From a virus (lineage: Duplodnaviria; Caudoviricetes), in IMG/VR virus record IMGVR_UViG_3300010158_000067, positions 1-63,990 of that record: a DNA stretch of 63,990 nt; one strand, 5' to 3'. The position numbers and the translations under genes were made by a program. The stretch's first letter is position 1. The number at the start of each line of letters is the position of its first letter. Of this stretch, positions 60,490 through 63,990 are shown one piece after another. Below the pieces are notes generated by a model. That model made no database searches. It was not told the DNA's origin and worked only from the letters and a program-made list of their open reading frames with translations.

Positions 60490-60750
60490 CTAGACGCTTG
60501 CCACACTGTGATCGAGTTTGTGTAGTTCAGGTGACGGGTCGAGATACCAAGTCTTCGATCTACCCTTTGAGTCAAGCTCATTGAGCGAGAAAAATGCATT
60601 GCTCGCACTACCAATCGTGCTGGGAAAAAACTTTAGGGTTGCACCCTTCGACAGCTTCCTGCTGATATTTGCAACAGAAATGTGGAAATTTTTGTAGATC
60701 ACGCTGTTCGTGGTGGTGTGGGCGACTTTGACTGTTGGTGTGTTCTTCAT
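60490..60750 (-). CDS. Hypothetical protein (MKNTPT)
   Basis: Single-gene cassette with its own promoter and terminator. Confidence 0.6.
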   Translation of the reverse strand: MKNTPTVKVAHTTTNSVIYKNFHISVANISRKLSKGATLKFFPSTIGSASNAFFSLNELDSKGRSKTWYLDPSPELHKLDHSVASV

Positions 60751-60902
60751 ACGCGAGTAAGAATAGCATGTGGCTAGGTGAGCGCAACAAAAAAAGCACA
60801 AAAAAGCAAACATTCACAAACCCTTATGTAATAAGGGTTTGCGCAGCCAGGGGCAGCCCTGGCCCCACAACCCTCTCGGGCTGTGGGGGTTAGGGGGAGG
60901 GA

Positions 60903-61233
60903 TTACTCCTCTTCGCCCCCGAAGAGTGACTCCCACTCTTCAGCGGTGATTCCTGTTTTCAGGAACTCCCGCTCGTCAGCGGAGAGGTTGGGGAAGGCGT
61001 TCTGGATCAGCTCCCCACTTGCCCAAGCGTCAAGCTGGGCTTCGGTGACGGGTAGGTTGAGCGTACGGGTGATGCCAGAAACCATTGAGGTGCGTGTGAT
61101 GTTCATATTAGTCGATGATTTTAACGGTGATGTAAGCAACTGTGGAGAGGATAAGGGTCAGAGGGGCGAATGTAAAGAAAATCTTAAAAAAGACTTCCGC
61201 AACAACCAGCATTTCGTAATTGGCATTAACCAT
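60903..61233 (-). CDS. Two small ORFs: 61108-61233 (membrane peptide) and 60903-61106 (MNITRTS)
   Basis: LIQNAFPNLSADEREFLKTGITAEEW motif in the second. Confidence 0.6.
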
Positions 61234-61394
61234 GTCCAAACTCTACAGCATGGGGATAAAAAAACAATTAAAATTGAAAACAAAAACCATGCCAAACGCA
61301 AATCTTTTTGCGTTTGGACGTAATAGTGCTTGACACGCGGCCAGGGGCAGCCCTGGCCCCACAACCCTTTCGGGCTGTGGGGTTTACCCTTACC

Positions 61395-61646
61395 TTACTT
61401 AGCTAGGTCGAAGAAAGGCCCGCTGAACGTGATGCGGTCAGACTCGAAGTCCATTTTGCGAAACTCGTCCGCTTCGAAGTTTTCTACTTGCCGATCCGCG
61501 TCTTGGATTTCGAGTGCGCGATCTTGAAGTATCCATTCGATATGGGCGCTAAGTTCTTGGAGCGCAGCCACTTGCGCGTCCGTGAGCGCGAGCGAGGCTG
61601 TGTCCTTGATTGTTTCAGTGAGGGCGAGGATGGAGGATGTAACCAT
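61395..61646 (-). CDS. Hypothetical protein (MVTSS)
   Basis: Single-gene cassette. Confidence 0.6.
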   Translation of the reverse strand: MVTSSILALTETIKDTASLALTDAQVAALQELSAHIEWILQDRALEIQDADRQVENFEADEFRKMDFESDRITFSGPFFDLAK

Positions 61647-61784
61647 GCTGGGAATATAAGGTATATAGCCCTGAGTTGCAATAAAAAAAGAAAAAATTTC
61701 CACCTTATCATGTAATAGGGGTAGGCGCGGCCAGGGGCGGCCCTGGCCCCACAACCCTTTCGGGCTGTGGGGTTTATGCGAGTG

Positions 61785-62045
61785 CTACTCGTAGTCTTCA
61801 TCCGTGCCCCAGCCCGCGCTCGCGAGCCACTCCGCGTCCGCGCCGTCATCGGACGGCTCGCCATCGCCCGTGTGCCCGTCATTGCAGGCATCGCAACCGC
61901 GTTCGCAGCCATCGCAGCGCTCGCGCTCGCGCTCGTCAAGCGCGAGTTCTTCACGCATAGCCTCGACGGCCATCGCGATCTGCGCGAGGCAGTCGCCGTT
62001 CATGTGGTTTTCGCGGATGAGGGAGATCAGGTCGTTCGTGGTCAT
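61785..62045 (-). CDS. Small acidic protein (MTTND)
   Basis: CDGCERGCDAC and C-terminal LASAGWGTDEDYE. Confidence 0.65.
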   Translation of the reverse strand: MTTNDLISLIRENHMNGDCLAQIAMAVEAMREELALDERERERCDGCERGCDACNDGHTGDGEPSDDGADAEWLASAGWGTDEDYE

Positions 62046-62241
62046 GGGGCAATTATAGCAAAAAACTGTGATTTGCAATACGCTATTTCCGTGCCAATTA
62101 AAAACATTTTTATATAGGCACTTAATAGAGCTTGACTCGGGCCAGGGGCGGCCCTGGGCGTTTGTCAAGTATTTTTTCTTGTTTATTCTGCACAAAAAAG
62201 CCCCGCCTTTCGGCGGGGCTAAGTGTCTGCGCGGGGCGCAC

Positions 62242-62514
62242 TTACACCAGATGCGCGATCTGGTGGTCGAGCGCGTCCGATTCTGCCGCGAGCTTGGCCT
62301 CGACAAGGCGCTCGTACTCAAGCGCTTGCGATCTGGACTCAGCGCGTTCGTCCAGAAGCCAGCGGGCCTCATGGACAGCCGCAAGCGCGAAGTCCGTGAG
62401 CCCGTGGAGAAGTTCGACATCGCCCTCGCTCAGGCGAGCGGGGTTGAGGTCGCGCACATATGCGCGCATGGCGGTGAGGGTTGCGGTGAGGGTGGAGGAG
62501 CGGTTCGTATCCAT
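62242..62514 (-). CDS. Hypothetical helical protein
   Basis: Single-gene cassette. Confidence 0.6.
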   Translation of the reverse strand: MDTNRSSTLTATLTAMRAYVRDLNPARLSEGDVELLHGLTDFALAAVHEARWLLDERAESRSQALEYERLVEAKLAAESDALDHQIAHLV

Positions 62515-62788
62515 GCGCTAATTGTAGCAAAGAATTGCTGTTTTGCAATACGCTATTTGCGCGCCAAGTGAAAATGTATTTTCAAAGATTAACTGTTTCA
62601 TGCGTAATAGGCATGGTTTGGGCCAGGGGCCCACCTGGAATAAACCTAAAAGTTTCAAAGATTAACCGTAATAGGCTTAATAGTAGCACTATTGACCAGG
62701 GGCGGGCCTGGATTTTGTCAAGCTTTTTTTTCACTTTTTTTCACAAAAAAGCGAGGCACCTAAGCACCTCGCTTTGTGCTACTTGCGC

Positions 62789-63125
62789 CTACTTGACAAG
62801 CCTAGTTGTAACCCACACAGCGCTAACCATTAGCACTGTGATTGGTACGAAGTTAAGGGCGATTTGAGTGAGGCCTTGGGCGATAGTGATAAGGTCTTGC
62901 ATATTAGGTAGTTAGGTAAGGGAGTTGGGGCGGGCACCTAAGTGCCCGCCGTTGTGTGTGTTAGATCTTTTCTTTGATGTCGCCAACCCATACAGAGTGG
63001 CCGCTTGTTAGTGTTATGTAAATGCTTCCAATGTAGGCAATTACGCCTTCGAAGCCGATAGCTTCGAACTCGAAGCGAGCCTTGAGCTTGACCTTGTCAC
63101 CGATAGAGAGGGAGAGCGTTTCCAT
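62789..63125 (-). CDS. Two short ORFs: 62961-63125 (METLSL) and 62789-62902 (membrane peptide MQDLI)
   Basis: Read by hand; below the ORF-track cutoff; TATAAT 7 nt before ATG 63125. Confidence 0.5.
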
Positions 63126-63275
63126 GTGTGCGATTATAGAGAATGAGTGCAGAGAAACAAGCGTTTTTTTATCTTTTGATTAGTGCTGCACCTAGCACCA
63201 TGAGACATAGTAAGATGTTCATTTTAAGGAAGTTAGGGAGAGGCTCGCAAGAGCCTCTCTCTCAGCTACTTAAGA

Positions 63276-63521
63276 CTACTTGGTTTCCTTTTCCAGAGCT
63301 TCAGCCAACGCGCATAACACGTTGTCTGAGAACGATTTACCTCCTCGCTTAGAAGCAAGAGTGAGGAACTTGGCGAGGTCATTGAGCGCTTCAGGTTTAC
63401 CTCTGTGCAGATCGGCAATTGTCAATCTCATTTCCTCTTGAAGGCAATTGTCTTTTGCCCACTGCGCGAAGTTGGTGGAGTTGAACATGTTCTCTAATGC
63501 GTTTGCGAAGATCGTCTGCAT
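63276..63521 (-). CDS. Hypothetical protein
   Basis: TATTCT 6 nt before ATG. Confidence 0.6.
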   Translation of the reverse strand: MQTIFANALENMFNSTNFAQWAKDNCLQEEMRLTIADLHRGKPEALNDLAKFLTLASKRGGKSFSDNVLCALAEALEKETK

Positions 63522-63570
63522 GAGTAAAGAATAGTTTATTTGATTTGAGAAACAAGCTTTTTTTTCTGCT

Positions 63571-63810
63571 TTACAGCATTTCCTCCGTTTCGGTTACTGT
63601 GCGGGTGATCTTGAACACGCCCACCTTTTCTGTTGGCACATCGAAGATTTCATGCATCGTGTGCTTGTAAGCGTAATGCCTGAAACGATTTGGAGTGCGA
63701 GTCTTTTCGAGCACCAAACCAGCGGGAATGATAAGGTCGCCGCCGTAGTGCTCGCCCGCGTTGTGGGCTTCGGTCAGTCTGTGCTCGTAGCGTGTCGTTG
63801 TCGTTGTCAT
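63571..63810 (-). CDS. Hypothetical protein (MTTTTT)
   Basis: TATCTT 6 nt before ATG. Confidence 0.6.
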   Translation of the reverse strand: MTTTTTRYEHRLTEAHNAGEHYGGDLIIPAGLVLEKTRTPNRFRHYAYKHTMHEIFDVPTEKVGVFKITRTVTETEEML

Positions 63811-63963
63811 GAGAGGAAGATACCACATTGAGAGCGTAGTGCAACATCTTTTTTGTGTTTTTATTGTTTTTTTTTGAGCGCTTGTGCGCATGGCGTGTCA
63901 ACAACAATTTCCATGCCAAACCAAAAAGTTTTTTGATGCGTATACGCTATGCGCATAGTGCAT

Positions 63964-63990
63964 CCCCCCCCCCCCCCCCCCCCGGGGGGG
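63964..63990. other. Terminal homopolymer C20-G7
   Basis: Read directly at the window end. Confidence 0.9.

Larger units (their letters stand above)
52882..61772 (-). repeat. Eight copies of a conserved GNRA hairpin CCCCACARCCC-GARA-GGGTTGTGGGG
   Basis: At 52882 (variant), 58049, 58641, 59243, 59789, 60863, 61357, 61747, each immediately beside a CCAGGG palindrome. Confidence 0.9.
51338..62711. repeat. 16 dispersed copies of the 16-bp palindrome CCAGGG-N4-CCCTGG
   Basis: Starts at 51338, 52853, 54109, 56095, 57124, 58031, 58617, 59227, 59765, 60417, 60847, 61341, 61731, 62142, 62623, 62696 (last two degenerate); all intergenic. Confidence 0.95.
55992..63845 (-). promoter_or_regulatory. Series of sigma70-type promoters, TTGnnn-N15-17-TAnnnT, 6-9 nt before ATG
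   Basis: Upstream of ATGs at 55991, 57935, 58528, 59134, 59682, 60302, 60750, 61233, 61646, 62045, 62514, 63125, 63521, 63810. Confidence 0.75.
50714..63918 (-). promoter_or_regulatory. Seven sigma54 (-24/-12)-like boxes
   Basis: TGGCAYG-N4-TTGC or close variants at 50714, 51367, 57061, 61280, 62082, 62552, 63904. Confidence 0.5.

Noticed and set aside
51338-62711. CRISPR array or classical integron attC array
   Set aside because: Spacing is about 70-2000 bp and contains whole genes; no cas or intI; no GTTRRRY/RYYYAAC attC ends
55988-62867. ORF-track proteins or N-terminal extensions containing PGAPL, GQGRPWP or HNPFGLWG
   Set aside because: These are translations of the non-coding repeat; true starts follow the leaderless promoters
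1-63990. Stop-codon reassignment
   Set aside because: Conserved genes are full length in code 11, all three stops are used, and no suppressor tRNA was seen

Overview
A 64-kb piece of a large tailed dsDNA phage genome; the right end may be the physical genome end. Left part (about 1-22 kb, very AT-rich): tail fibre/adhesin genes and a lambda-type tail-tip block (L, K, two I, a 2605-aa J) on the minus strand, interrupted by a plus-strand glycosyltransferase/annealing-protein/GNAT block. Middle (22-50 kb, mostly plus): guaC, thyX, dCMP deaminase, GH46-like endolysin, spanin- and holin-like genes, tmRNA, four tRNAs, a DUF1501 gene (suggesting a Planctomycetota/Verrucomicrobiota host; inference), a T4 BGT-like glycosyltransferase, an ECF sigma factor, an AAA+/VWA pair and many small ORFs, including a 9-member paralogue family. 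Right part (51-64 kb, increasingly GC-rich, mostly minus): small leaderless genes and four more tRNAs packed into cassettes bounded by 16 copies of a composite element built on the palindrome CCAGGG-N4-CCCTGG. Most notable: this cassette array with its sigma54-like boxes and GNRA hairpins, a group I intron carrying an HNH gene in tRNA-Leu(UAA), a tandemly duplicated unrecognised structured RNA before ssrA, and a 32-aa tmRNA tag. All calls come from reading motifs by eye; no database searches were run.
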